A stretch of DNA of 64,000 bases from Dehalococcoidia bacterium (GTDB lineage: Bacteria > Chloroflexota > Dehalococcoidia > Bin125), in contig CAXXNO010000004.1 in the NCBI GenBank assembly GCA_963663235.2, positions 544,001 through 608,000 on the forward strand. Direction: 5' to 3'. The notes below the pieces were generated by a model. That model saw only the letters and a program-made list of their open reading frames with translations, was not told the DNA's origin and made no database searches. Both the position numbers and the translations under genes were made by a program. Position 1 is the first letter of the stretch, and each line of letters begins with the position of its first letter. Shown in pieces: positions 19,940 through 29,319 of this stretch.

Positions 19940-21085
19940 ATGCGACTGGACTGGTCCCACTCCCGGCACTGGTGGGCGGTGCACCTGAACTGGTGGTGGA
20001 GCGACGGCAAACTCCTCCTGCGGCGGTCCGTGCAGGAGTTCGGCGACGACCGCTGCACGCAGATGGCCGCCAGCATCTCCTACTACGTGCTGTTCTCCGT
20101 CTTCCCGCTCGCCATCCTGGTGGTGGCCATCGCCGGGCTGGTCCTGCAAAATGACGCGCTCCGGGCCGATGTGGTCGATGGGCTGCTGGACGTCGTTCCC
20201 CTCTCGGAGGACGAGGGGCGGGCGGACGTCGAAGAGCTCGTCACCGGGGTCGCCACCGGCCTCTCCGCCTTGGGGTTGCTCAGCGTGATCGGGCTGGCCT
20301 GGTCCGCGAGCGGCATGATGGGCGCCATCCGGCGCGCCCTCAACGAAGCCTGGGACACCGACTACCGTCGGCCGTTCCTGCGCGGCAAGTTGATTGATCT
20401 CGCCATGATGCTGGGCGTGGGAGCGCTCGTCTCCCTCTCCTTGGCCACCACCATCTTCTTGCAGGTGGCGCGGCGCGGAAGCGAGACCCTGTCGGACGCG
20501 CTGGGCCCGCTGGGCGCTGGGGCCACGCTGAGCTTCGAGGTGGCGGCGGTGCTGGTGCCCCTCAGCCTCTCCTTCGCCACGTTCCTCGTGCTCTACAAGG
20601 TGGTCCCGGCGGTCCGCACCCGCTTCCGCCACATCTGGCCGGGCGCGCTGATAGCGGCCGTTCTGTTCGAGATCGTGAAGAACGGCTTCGCCTTCTACTT
20701 GAGCAACTTCGGCAACTACGACGCCGTCTACGGTTCGCTCGGCGCGGTGGTCGCGTTCCTCTTCTTCATCTACATCAGCGCCAACATCCTGCTCTTCGGC
20801 GCGGAGGTGGCCTCGGAGTGGCCGCGCGTGATCCACGGCCACTACGACGCCGGCTTGCAGCAGCGCCCCGGCGGCCCCGCGCGGCGGCGGCTGGGGGCGG
20901 CGCTCAAACGGCTGGTGGTGCATGAGGAGGCGATGCCGCACGAGGTCGACGCCGAAGCGGGGGGTGATCGACGGGAGCGCAAGGAGGAAGAGATCGCGCG
21001 CCGCCGCGCGGCGGCAGATCCGTCCGAACAACCGCCGGATTCGCCCCAACAACCGCCGGCCGACGGGGAGGACCCCCAGCCTTAG
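19940..21085 (+). CDS. YihY/BrkB family membrane protein
   Basis: AASISYY..FSVFP, several TM helices, YGSLGAV...YI...ILLFGAEV. Confidence 0.92.
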   Translation: MRLDWSHSRHWWAVHLNWWWSDGKLLLRRSVQEFGDDRCTQMAASISYYVLFSVFPLAILVVAIAGLVLQNDALRADVVDGLLDVVPLSEDEGRADVEELVTGVATGLSALGLLSVIGLAWSASGMMGAIRRALNEAWDTDYRRPFLRGKLIDLAMMLGVGALVSLSLATTIFLQVARRGSETLSDALGPLGAGATLSFEVAAVLVPLSLSFATFLVLYKVVPAVRTRFRHIWPGALIAAVLFEIVKNGFAFYLSNFGNYDAVYGSLGAVVAFLFFIYISANILLFGAEVASEWPRVIHGHYDAGLQQRPGGPARRRLGAALKRLVVHEEAMPHEVDAEAGGDRRERKEEEIARRRAAADPSEQPPDSPQQPPADGEDPQP

Positions 21086-24000
21086 AGGCGCTGCACGGCG
21101 ACGATCACGCGCTCCCCCTCGATGCGTTCCTCCGACGCGCGCGCGCCATCCGGCGGCGGTCCGGCGTGTAAGTCGGTGGCCAGTGTCTCTGTCTGGACAT
21201 AGTCGCGGTGCGCCGCGACGGCATCCGCCACCGGCGGGCCGGCATCGATCCAGAGCGCGATCCGGTCGGTGATCTCCAGCCCCGCGTCGCGGCGCAGGCG
21301 CTGCACGCGATGCACCACTTCCCGCGCGGTGCCTTCCCGGGCCAACTCGGGCGTGATCGCGGTGCTGACCGCGGCCGCGTAGTGCGCGTCCTGCGCCGCC
21401 GAGACGCCTTCGCGCTCACGCAGCTCCACCAGCAGGTCGCCGGCTTGTAGGCTGAAGCCCGCGACCTCCACCGGCTCGTCCGCGGTCACGGCGCGGGCGA
21501 TCGCCGCCGCCTGATCCGGGGTCAGCCCTTGCAGTGCGGTCCGCAGGCGGCCCACATCGCTCCCCAGCCGCGGGCCCAGCACGGGCAGGTTGGGCTTGAT
21601 CACCGCCTGCACGAGTTCCGTGGGCTCGTCGACCAGCGTGATCCGCTTGACGTTGAGTTCGTCTAGCAGCATGGCGGTGTGCTGCTCCAGTGCGGCGGCG
21701 TCGCCCGGCGCGCGCAGGCTGACCATGAGTTCGGCCAGCGGCTGTCGCACCTTGACCCCGGCGCGGCTGCGCGCGGCGCGCCCCAGCGAGGCGAGCCGCT
21801 GCACCAGCGGCATCGCCCGATCCAGATCGTCGTCGATGAGGGCGGCCTCCGCCTCCGGCCAGCGCGCCAAGTGGACGGAGTCCGGCGCGGCCTGATCCCA
21901 GCTTGCCACCAGGTTGCCGTAGATTTCGTCGGCGACGTAGGGGGTGAACGGGGCCAGCAGGTGCGAGAGCGTGACCAGGCATTCGTACAGGGTGTGGTAG
22001 GCGGCGGCTTTGTCTTGGTCGTCCACCAGCTTCCAGAAGCGACGGCGGCTGCGGCGCACATACCAGTTGCTCAACTGCTCCACGAACTCTTCGATAGCCC
22101 GGGCCGCCACGGTGGGTTCGTACTCCTCCAGCGCGGCCGTGACGCGGCCGATCAATCCGTGCAGGGCGCTGCGGATCCAGCGATCCAGATCGGGGCGCTG
22201 CTCGGGGGCGGGGCCGCCGGGGTCGAACCCGTCGATGTTGGCGTAGGTGACGAAGAACGAGTAGGTGTTCCACAGCCTGAGCAGGAACCGCCGCTGCACG
22301 TCGCCGACCAGGTGTGAGCTGAACCGTCGGGAGTTCCCCGGCGGCGAGGCGGTGTACAGGTACCAGCGCAGGGCGTCGGCGCCGTGGTCGTCCAGCACCT
22401 GCCAGGGGTCCACCACGTTGCCCTTGGACTTGCTCATCTTCTCGCCGGCCTCGTCCAGGATGTGGCCCAGCGACATCACGTGGCGGTAGGCGGTGGGCTC
22501 GGGCGCCGCGCCGGCGGCGTGGAGCAGCGTGGCCTCCGCGTGCAGCGAATAGAACCAGCCGCGGGTCTGGTCCACGCCCTCACAGATGAAGTCGGCCGGG
22601 AAGTGCGCGCCGAAGGCCTCCGCGTTCTCAAACGGGTAATGCCATTGGGCGTAGGGCATGGCGCCGCTGTCGAACCAGGCGTCGGCCACTTCCGGGATCC
22701 GGCGCATCTCGCCCCGGCACGTGGGGCAGTCGAGCACGACCTCGTCGATGAAGGGGCGGTGCGGATCCGACAGGTCCAGCGCTTCCCCCTGCCGCGCGCG
22801 GTCGCGCAGCTCGTCGAACGAGCCCACCGCTTCGGTGCCGCCACACACCTGGCAACGCCAGATCGGCAGCGGCGTGCCCCAGTAGCGCTCGCGACTGATC
22901 GCCCAGTCCACGTTGTTGGCCAGCCAGTCGCCGTAGCGGCCGTCGCGCAGGTGTTCCGGGTGCCAGTGGATCAACTCGCGGTTCGATCGACGGAGCGAGT
23001 CCAGCACCTTGGTCGTGGCGATGTACCAGGACGGCTTGGCGTAGTAGAGCAGCGGCGTCTCGCAGCGCCAGCAGAACGGATACGTGTGATGAATCGTGGT
23101 GTGGTGCGCCAGCAGGCCCCGCCGCTTCAGGTCCTCAAGAATCCGGGCGTCCGCGTCCTTGACAAAGAGCCCGAGGAACGGGGAGCGGGGCCCGGTCATG
23201 CGGCCCTGCAAGTCCACCGGCTGGAGGAAGGCCAGCCCCTCCCGGCGCCCCAGGACGTAGTCGTCCGCGCCGAAGGCCGGCGCGACGTGCACGATCCCCG
23301 TCCCCTCCTCCATCGAGACGAAGTCGGCCTCCACCACGCGACGCCAGGGTGCGGCCTCGCCCGGACCGGACCACCCCACCAGGCGCCCCTCCTCGAACCG
23401 GGAGAGCGGCAGGCCCCAGTCGCCGGGCTCGTACAGCCCTTCATAGGTGACGCCCACCAGGTCGCGACCGGGCAGCGTCTGCTCCACCGCCGTCTCACCC
23501 TCCAGGGTGGCGGCCACCAGCGCCTCCGCCAGGATCAGCCGCTCGCCTTGCGACCCCGCCACCACCGCGTACTGGGCGTCCGGGTCTACCGCGAGGGCGC
23601 TGTTGCCGGGCAGCGTCCAGGGGGTGGTGGTCCAGGCGAGGAGGGAGGTGGGGCCGGCGTAGTCGCGCAGTGAGCCCGGCAGCGAGGCGCGGGCGGTGAG
23701 GAACTTGACGGTGATGCTGGGGTCCGGCGTGTTCTCCCGATAGCCCAGCGCCAGCTCATGACTGGAGAGCGACGTCTCGCAGCGGGGGCAGTGGGGGGTG
23801 GTGCGGCGATCTTCATAGATCAGTCCCGCGTCCCAGAGTTGCTTGATGATCCACCAGCAACTCTCGATGTACTGCGGGGTGTAGGTGATATATGCGTCGT
23901 GCAGGTCCAGCCAGAACGCGACCCGCTCGGTCAGGTCTTCCCACTGCCGCACGTAGCGAAAGACCGACTCCCGGCACTTCGCGTTGAACTCCGCGATGCC

Positions 24001-24345
24001 GTAGGTCTCGATCTCGGCTTTGGATTGAAGCCCCAGCTCCCGCTCGACCTCCAGCTCCACCGGCAGGCCGTGCGTGTCCCAGCCGCCCTTTCGCGGCACC
24101 CGGTAGCCGCGCATGGTCTTGTAGCGGGGGAAGAGGTCCTTGAAGACGCGCGAGAGCACGTGGTGCACCCCGGGCGCGCCGTTGGCCGTCGGCGGACCCT
24201 CGTAAAACGAGTACAGCGGCCGCTCCGGCTCCGCTTCCACGCTCCGGCGGAAAACCTCCCGCTCTTTCCATTGCGCGCGCAGCCGCTCCTCCAGTTCGCG
24301 GAACGGCATCTGGCTGCCCACGGGCGCAAAACGTGCTTCTGCCAT
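21082..24345 (-). CDS. ileS: Isoleucyl-tRNA synthetase, type 2
   Basis: EGPPTANG.PGVHH, GWDTHGLPVE, WTTTPWTLP, DWAISRERYWGTP, KMSKS, NWYVRRSRRRFW, type-2 C-terminus (KVRQPL). Confidence 0.98.
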   Translation of the reverse strand: MAEARFAPVGSQMPFRELEERLRAQWKEREVFRRSVEAEPERPLYSFYEGPPTANGAPGVHHVLSRVFKDLFPRYKTMRGYRVPRKGGWDTHGLPVELEVERELGLQSKAEIETYGIAEFNAKCRESVFRYVRQWEDLTERVAFWLDLHDAYITYTPQYIESCWWIIKQLWDAGLIYEDRRTTPHCPRCETSLSSHELALGYRENTPDPSITVKFLTARASLPGSLRDYAGPTSLLAWTTTPWTLPGNSALAVDPDAQYAVVAGSQGERLILAEALVAATLEGETAVEQTLPGRDLVGVTYEGLYEPGDWGLPLSRFEEGRLVGWSGPGEAAPWRRVVEADFVSMEEGTGIVHVAPAFGADDYVLGRREGLAFLQPVDLQGRMTGPRSPFLGLFVKDADARILEDLKRRGLLAHHTTIHHTYPFCWRCETPLLYYAKPSWYIATTKVLDSLRRSNRELIHWHPEHLRDGRYGDWLANNVDWAISRERYWGTPLPIWRCQVCGGTEAVGSFDELRDRARQGEALDLSDPHRPFIDEVVLDCPTCRGEMRRIPEVADAWFDSGAMPYAQWHYPFENAEAFGAHFPADFICEGVDQTRGWFYSLHAEATLLHAAGAAPEPTAYRHVMSLGHILDEAGEKMSKSKGNVVDPWQVLDDHGADALRWYLYTASPPGNSRRFSSHLVGDVQRRFLLRLWNTYSFFVTYANIDGFDPGGPAPEQRPDLDRWIRSALHGLIGRVTAALEEYEPTVAARAIEEFVEQLSNWYVRRSRRRFWKLVDDQDKAAAYHTLYECLVTLSHLLAPFTPYVADEIYGNLVASWDQAAPDSVHLARWPEAEAALIDDDLDRAMPLVQRLASLGRAARSRAGVKVRQPLAELMVSLRAPGDAAALEQHTAMLLDELNVKRITLVDEPTELVQAVIKPNLPVLGPRLGSDVGRLRTALQGLTPDQAAAIARAVTADEPVEVAGFSLQAGDLLVELREREGVSAAQDAHYAAAVSTAITPELAREGTAREVVHRVQRLRRDAGLEITDRIALWIDAGPPVADAVAAHRDYVQTETLATDLHAGPPPDGARASEERIEGERVIVAVQRL

Positions 24346-24437
24346 GCTTCACTCGTGTGGGAGGGGATGCGCGACGGCCGGCGCCAATCGCGGTGTGCGG
24401 CCGCCGGCTCGATCGGCGGAGCCGTTGCTCCAGCCGG

Positions 24438-24725
24438 TCAACTGGGCGCCCGCTCGTCGATCAAGGCTGCCGCGATGCTGGCCACCCGCGTGCGCGTGGC
24501 GAGGCTGACCAGGCCGGCGAACTCCGCCAGCCGATCGTCGATAAAGAGCCGGGCGCCGGCGCCGTCCGTGACGTCGTCATTGGCGAACGCTTCATCCACC
24601 AGGCCCGCTGCCAGGCGCTGCGGTTGGGCCGCGGCGCGGCTCTCCAGGTCGTCGTCGGCGGGCGGCTCGCCCGCCGCGAGTTCCAGCAGCCGCAAGAGGT
24701 GACGCTGAGCCGGGCCGGTTGACAT
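24438..24725 (-). CDS. Hypothetical protein (95 aa)
   Basis: GGAGGAG RBS before ATG; co-oriented between the zinc-ribbon gene and ileS. Confidence 0.65.
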   Translation of the reverse strand: MSTGPAQRHLLRLLELAAGEPPADDDLESRAAAQPQRLAAGLVDEAFANDDVTDGAGARLFIDDRLAEFAGLVSLATRTRVASIAAALIDERAPS

Positions 24726-24773
24726 GCCTGCGGCTCCTCCGCACGGCGGCGCGCTCCCGTGGACGGCGCCGCT

Positions 24774-25157
24774 CTAGACGGGCGCCTGGCTGCCGCTCGG
24801 CGTGCCCGGCTTGGCCGACTCCTGCTCGCGCACCTTGTTGAAGCAGGCGGAGCAGTAGACCGGACGGTCGCCGCGGGGGATGAACGGGACTTCGGTCATC
24901 TCGGCGCACATCGCGCAGGTGGCGGGGTGCATCTGGCGGGGGGTGCGACCCCCAAACGAGGCCGCGCCGCCATAGCGCACGTAACCGGCCTCGTTCTCCA
25001 GGGCGCTGCGGGCGCTCTTCCGCGCCGAACGACACTCCGGGCAGCGCACGGGATCATTCGTCAGCCCTTTGCTGGCGTAAAACTCCTGCTCGCCGCCGGT
25101 GAAGATGAACTCGCGATTGCAGTCGCGGCAGAGAATGGTGCGGTCCTGGTAGCTCAC
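24774..25157 (-). CDS. Zinc-ribbon plus CxxC-x17-CxxC domain protein
   Basis: CRDC..EFIFTGGEQEFY..KG...PVRCPECR then CAMC..EVPFIP.GDRPVYCSACF; strong RBS. Confidence 0.92.
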   Translation of the reverse strand: MSYQDRTILCRDCNREFIFTGGEQEFYASKGLTNDPVRCPECRSARKSARSALENEAGYVRYGGAASFGGRTPRQMHPATCAMCAEMTEVPFIPRGDRPVYCSACFNKVREQESAKPGTPSGSQAPV

Positions 25158-25184
25158 GGCCCCTCCTCGTGGTGGCGCTTAATC

Positions 25185-25210
25185 AAAAACCCCGCCTGAT
25201 GCGGCGGGAC
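25185..25210 (-). terminator. Intrinsic terminator inside the leader of the zinc-ribbon gene
   Basis: Minus strand GTCCCGCC-GCATCA-GGCGGGG followed by TTTTT, between promoter and RBS. Confidence 0.7.
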
Positions 25211-25237
25211 GACCGATCCGTCACCTAGGCTGCGCTC

Positions 25238-25246
25238 AGTATATCA
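25238..25246 (-). promoter_or_regulatory. Extended -10 promoter (TGnTATACT)
   Basis: Minus strand TGATATACT just after the murJ stop. Confidence 0.7.
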
Positions 25247-25249
25247 GAT

Positions 25250-26860
25250 TCAGGAGCGCGGGCGGATCGTCGACGATGCCTGGCGGCGGCGCAGCAGCGC
25301 CTGGACCCGGGCGGCGATGGCCTCGGCCTCCTCGGCCCGCAGCACCAGCGCGATCGTGCCATACACCACCACGCCCATGGCGCCGCCCACGACCAGCGCG
25401 AAGAACGAGCGCGGCCCGAAATCGCCGCCCTCGTCCAGGACGGATAGCAGCAGGACCAGCGCTTCCGCCATCAGGGCGCTGCCGATCGCGGTCCGCGCCA
25501 GCGATGAGGCGAATGGGCGCGTCCAGAGGCCAAAATTCAGCCGTCTGTGCAGCGCCACGAACAGCGCCAGCGCCTCGGCGATCGTCGCCAGCGAGAGCGC
25601 CAGCGCCAGCCCGCGGATATCCAGCGGTCCCACCAGCACCGCGGCCAGCACGATGTTGACCGCGATCGCCGCCACCGCGAAGGTCACCGGCGTGCGCGTG
25701 TCCCCCAGGGCGTAGAAGCCACGCGACAGGATCTCGATCGCCCCGTGCGCGAAAAGGCCGATGGCGTAGTACAGCAGCGCCGCCGCGACGAGGTCGGTTG
25801 AGGCGGCGCTGAAGGCGCCGTGCTCCAGGAGCGTCCGCACTAGCGGCTCACGCAAGAGGATCAACCCGATGCTGGTCGGGATAGTCAAGAACAGGACAAA
25901 GCGCAGCGCGCGCGACACCATCGCCGTCACCTCCTCCCGCGCGCAGCGCGCCGCTTGCTCCGCCAGCGCGGGGAAGATGGCCATCGCCAGCGACATGCCG
26001 AAGAGCCCCACCGGGAAGAGCAGGATCAGCCAGGCGAAGTTCAGGGCGGAGATCGCCGATGGCCCCTCGAACGAGGCGAAGAACATCAGCACTACCAGGT
26101 TGAGTTGGACCGCCGCCAGGCCGATCATGCGGGGCGCCATGAGGCGCAAGACCTCCCGCGCGCCGGGCTCGCGCAGGTCCAGCGCGGGCGCCAGCCGCGC
26201 CCCCGCCGCCACCAGCGCCGGCAGTTGCACGACCAAATGCAGCCCGCTGCCCACGATCACGCCGATGGCCAGCGCGTCCACCCCGTAGCGGCCCGAGAGC
26301 AGCACCGCCGCCCCGATGATCGCCAGGTTGTAGAGCATGGGCGCAAGCGCGGGCAGGAGGAAATGGCGTCGCGCGTTGAGCATGCCCGTGATCATGCCGG
26401 AGACGGCAAAGAGCACCGGCGCGAACAGCATGACCCGCGTGAGGAAAATCGCGCGGTCCCGCAGTTCGTCCTGGATGCCGCTGTCTTCTCCCAGACCGGG
26501 CGCCATGGCCGGCACGATCCACGGGGCCAGCGCCATCACCACCAGCGCCAGGACGATCGTCCCCACCAACACCCAGTTGAGTACGATGCTCGCCAGCCGC
26601 CAGGCGGCCTCGTCGCCGTGGCGCGCCATGTAGCGCGCGTAGACAGGGATGAACGCGCTGGCCAGCGTGGCGCCGGCCAGGACCTGGAAGACGAGGTCCG
26701 GCAGACGCACCGCCACCCAAAAGGCGTCGAGCTCCGGGCCGGTCCCGTACTCGTTGGCGATGGCGACCGCGCGCAGCGCGCCCAGGAGCCGGCTCCCCAG
26801 GAAGCCCACTCCCACGAGCAGCGCCGCGCCGGCGACGGTGCGCGAACTCCCCGTGATCAC
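25250..26860 (-). CDS. murJ: Lipid II flippase MurJ (MviN)
   Basis: SRLLG..R, DAF..A.RLPD, SAFIPV, RGFYALGDTRTPV; many TM helices. Confidence 0.95.
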   Translation of the reverse strand: MITGSSRTVAGAALLVGVGFLGSRLLGALRAVAIANEYGTGPELDAFWVAVRLPDLVFQVLAGATLASAFIPVYARYMARHGDEAAWRLASIVLNWVLVGTIVLALVVMALAPWIVPAMAPGLGEDSGIQDELRDRAIFLTRVMLFAPVLFAVSGMITGMLNARRHFLLPALAPMLYNLAIIGAAVLLSGRYGVDALAIGVIVGSGLHLVVQLPALVAAGARLAPALDLREPGAREVLRLMAPRMIGLAAVQLNLVVLMFFASFEGPSAISALNFAWLILLFPVGLFGMSLAMAIFPALAEQAARCAREEVTAMVSRALRFVLFLTIPTSIGLILLREPLVRTLLEHGAFSAASTDLVAAALLYYAIGLFAHGAIEILSRGFYALGDTRTPVTFAVAAIAVNIVLAAVLVGPLDIRGLALALSLATIAEALALFVALHRRLNFGLWTRPFASSLARTAIGSALMAEALVLLLSVLDEGGDFGPRSFFALVVGGAMGVVVYGTIALVLRAEEAEAIAARVQALLRRRQASSTIRPRS

Positions 26861-26984
26861 CGTCGGGAACCGCGCGCCGGCCGTTCTGGCATTCTGTTTT
26901 GGTCGTTTTCTCGGCTGGACACGCTCCAGCGTCCATCGATACGATAGCCGTACTTGAGGGCTCCCTCAAAGGACAGGAAGGCCC

Positions 26985-27308
26985 GTGCCCAACACCACGG
27001 CGGCCAAGAAGTACCTGCGAGCGTCGCAGCGTCGGCGGATGCAGAATAAGCCGGTCCGCACCCGCGCCCGCACCACCGTGCGCGAGGCGCTGATCGCCAT
27101 CGACGGGGGCGACTGGCCGGCGGCGGACGCCGCGCTCCTTGTGGCCGTGGCCGCGCTGGACGAGGCGGCGCAGAAAGGCGTGGTGCACGCCAGCAACGCC
27201 GCCCGGCGCAAGTCCCGCCTGCTGCGCCGCTACCACACCGCGCGCAACCCCGAAGCAACGCGGCGGCCCCGCATCCGCCCTCCAGAGCCTGTCCAGGTAT
27301 CCGGCTAG
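26985..27308 (+). CDS. rpsT: 30S ribosomal protein S20
   Basis: MPNTTAAKKYLRASQRRR..N...LDEAAQKGVVH..NAARRKSRL. Confidence 0.93.
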   Translation: MPNTTAAKKYLRASQRRRMQNKPVRTRARTTVREALIAIDGGDWPAADAALLVAVAALDEAAQKGVVHASNAARRKSRLLRRYHTARNPEATRRPRIRPPEPVQVSG

Positions 27309-27370
27309 CGACCGGAGTTGCCGCCGGCCCGCCGCCGCGCCTTGTAGGCGGTTCGGGTTAGCATAAGACG

Positions 27371-28420
27371 GTGCGTGCACTCGTCTTCCATAAGGCTGGG
27401 CACATCCAGGTGGAGTCGGTCCCTGATCCCACACCGGGGCCGGGCGAGGCCGTCCTTCGCGTGGGCGCCGTGGGCATCTGCGCCTCCGACCTGCGTGTCC
27501 TCCGCGGCGAGAAGCACGCCGCGCCCGGCGTGATCCCCGGTCACGAGTTCGCCGGCACCGTTGTGGATCTGGGTCCGGGCGTGGAGCGCCTGTCCCTGGG
27601 CGACCGCGTCACCGTCTACCCGGTGCTCGCCTGCGGCGGCTGCGAGTTCTGCCGGCGGGGGCTGCGCAACCGCTGCGCCACGCGGCGCACGCTCGGTTAC
27701 GAGATCAACGGCGGCCTCGCGGACTACGTCCTTCTCCCGGCCGAGATCGTGCGGCTGGGGCACGCCGTTCCGCTGACGCCGGGGCTCTCGCTGGCCCGCG
27801 CCTCGCTCACCGAACCGGTCGCCTGCGTGCTCAACTCCTTGGAGTCGTGCGGGTTCCAGGCCGGCAGCTCGATAGCGGTCCTGGGCGCCGGGCCCATGGG
27901 CCTTCTGCACATTGCCCTGGCCCGCGCGCTGGGCGCCGGGCCGATCGTGGTGGGCGAGCCCATCGCCTCGCGCCGCGCGGCGGCGCGCGCCTTGGGCGCA
28001 ACCGCCGCCGTCGATGGCGATCCCGAGGCGTTGCTCGCCGCGGTCCGCGACGCCACCGGCGGCCGCGGCGCCCAGGTGGTCATCGTGACCGTGGGGCTGA
28101 CCGGGCTCACGGAGGCGGCTCTCCCCTTGGCCGCCAAGCGGGCTACGATCAATCTGTTCGCCGGCTTCCAGCCGGGCGCCACCGCCGTGCTGGACGTGAA
28201 TGCGCTGCACTACAACGAGGTGCGGCTGACCGGCAGCCAGAACGCCACCGCGGACCAGTTCATCCGCACGGCCGCAGGCCTGCCGACGTTTGAGGCGGTG
28301 GAGCAGGTCGTGTCGCATCGGTTCCCGATGGCGGAGGCGGCGGAGGCCTATGCCGTGCGCGACGAACAGGCGGCGCTGAAGTCGATGGTGCTGCCGGCCG
28401 GCGAAGAGGGATCGGCGTGA
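27371..28420 (+). CDS. Zinc-dependent medium-chain dehydrogenase (sorbitol/threonine DH-like)
   Basis: GICASD, GHEFAG, CGGCEFC..C, EPVAC, GAGPMG. Confidence 0.92.
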   Translation: MRALVFHKAGHIQVESVPDPTPGPGEAVLRVGAVGICASDLRVLRGEKHAAPGVIPGHEFAGTVVDLGPGVERLSLGDRVTVYPVLACGGCEFCRRGLRNRCATRRTLGYEINGGLADYVLLPAEIVRLGHAVPLTPGLSLARASLTEPVACVLNSLESCGFQAGSSIAVLGAGPMGLLHIALARALGAGPIVVGEPIASRRAAARALGATAAVDGDPEALLAAVRDATGGRGAQVVIVTVGLTGLTEAALPLAAKRATINLFAGFQPGATAVLDVNALHYNEVRLTGSQNATADQFIRTAAGLPTFEAVEQVVSHRFPMAEAAEAYAVRDEQAALKSMVLPAGEEGSA

Positions 28421-29319
28421 CGACCCACCTGGGCTACACCCAAGACGACGGCAAGACCGGTCTGGGCATCGAGCTGCGCGAAGCCCGGCTCGGCCGCGGC
28501 GTGTCCCTGGACGACGCCCAGCGGGCCACCCGCATCTCCCGCCGCTACCTGGAGGCGCTCGAGGACGAGGATTTCTCCATCCTGCCCGCCCCGGTGTTCG
28601 CGCGCGGGTTCCTGCGCTCCTACGCGCAGTTCTTGGGCCTTGACGCCTCACGGCTGGTCACCCTGTTCCCGGGGGAGCCGCGGCCGCTGGATACCCTGCC
28701 CGACCCCCATGCGGTGGGGCTGCGGGTGGCGGTCGGGCCGCAACGGCGGCGGCGCCCACCCGAGCAGCTTGCGGACCCGTTCGATCCGTTCCGGCCGCAG
28801 AGCGACAGCGCGGACGAGGATCTGACCCCCATCCCGACCATCGACACCCGCCCACCGGGCGTGTGGCTGGGCCCCTGGCTGGTGGCGGCCGTCGTCCTGC
28901 TCGTCGTGCTCGCCGGCGTCGTCGCCGTGGTCACACTCGGCGACGATGAGCCCGCCGCCACTCCGCTCGGCGCCCCTCCCGGTGTCGCCGAGGCCGGCAC
29001 GGCAATCGATCCGCAAGCGGTGGCGGAGCGCCAGCCCACCATCGATCTGGACGTCATGCCGGACTTCCGCCCCCTGGCCGTTTCCCAAGCGGTGGAGGTC
29101 CTGCGCCGGTCCGCGCACCAATACGTGATCGTCGAGGTGTTTGACGCCGCCACGCCGGCCGGCGAGATCCTCGAGCAGATGCCTGTGCCCGGCGCGGCGC
29201 TGGACGACAGCTCCACCGTCACGCTGGTGGTTTCACGCGGGCCCGTCCCGCTGACGCCCATCACCGCGCCCGAGCCGGCCGAGGCGGAGTCGCCGGCCGC
29301 CGGGACCGAGCAGCCCTGA
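28417..29319 (+). CDS. RodZ-like HTH membrane protein with C-terminal PASTA domain
   Basis: LREAR...TRISRRYLEALE...PVFARGFLRSYAQFLGLD, one TM helix, MPDF...GEILEQ.P.PG...VTLVVSRG. Confidence 0.85.
   Translation: MTTHLGYTQDDGKTGLGIELREARLGRGVSLDDAQRATRISRRYLEALEDEDFSILPAPVFARGFLRSYAQFLGLDASRLVTLFPGEPRPLDTLPDPHAVGLRVAVGPQRRRRPPEQLADPFDPFRPQSDSADEDLTPIPTIDTRPPGVWLGPWLVAAVVLLVVLAGVVAVVTLGDDEPAATPLGAPPGVAEAGTAIDPQAVAERQPTIDLDVMPDFRPLAVSQAVEVLRRSAHQYVIVEVFDAATPAGEILEQMPVPGAALDDSSTVTLVVSRGPVPLTPITAPEPAEAESPAAGTEQP

Noticed and set aside
24346-24437. Possible T-box leader before ileS
   Set aside because: No GGTGGnACC T-box motif, specifier stem or terminator; the gap is short.
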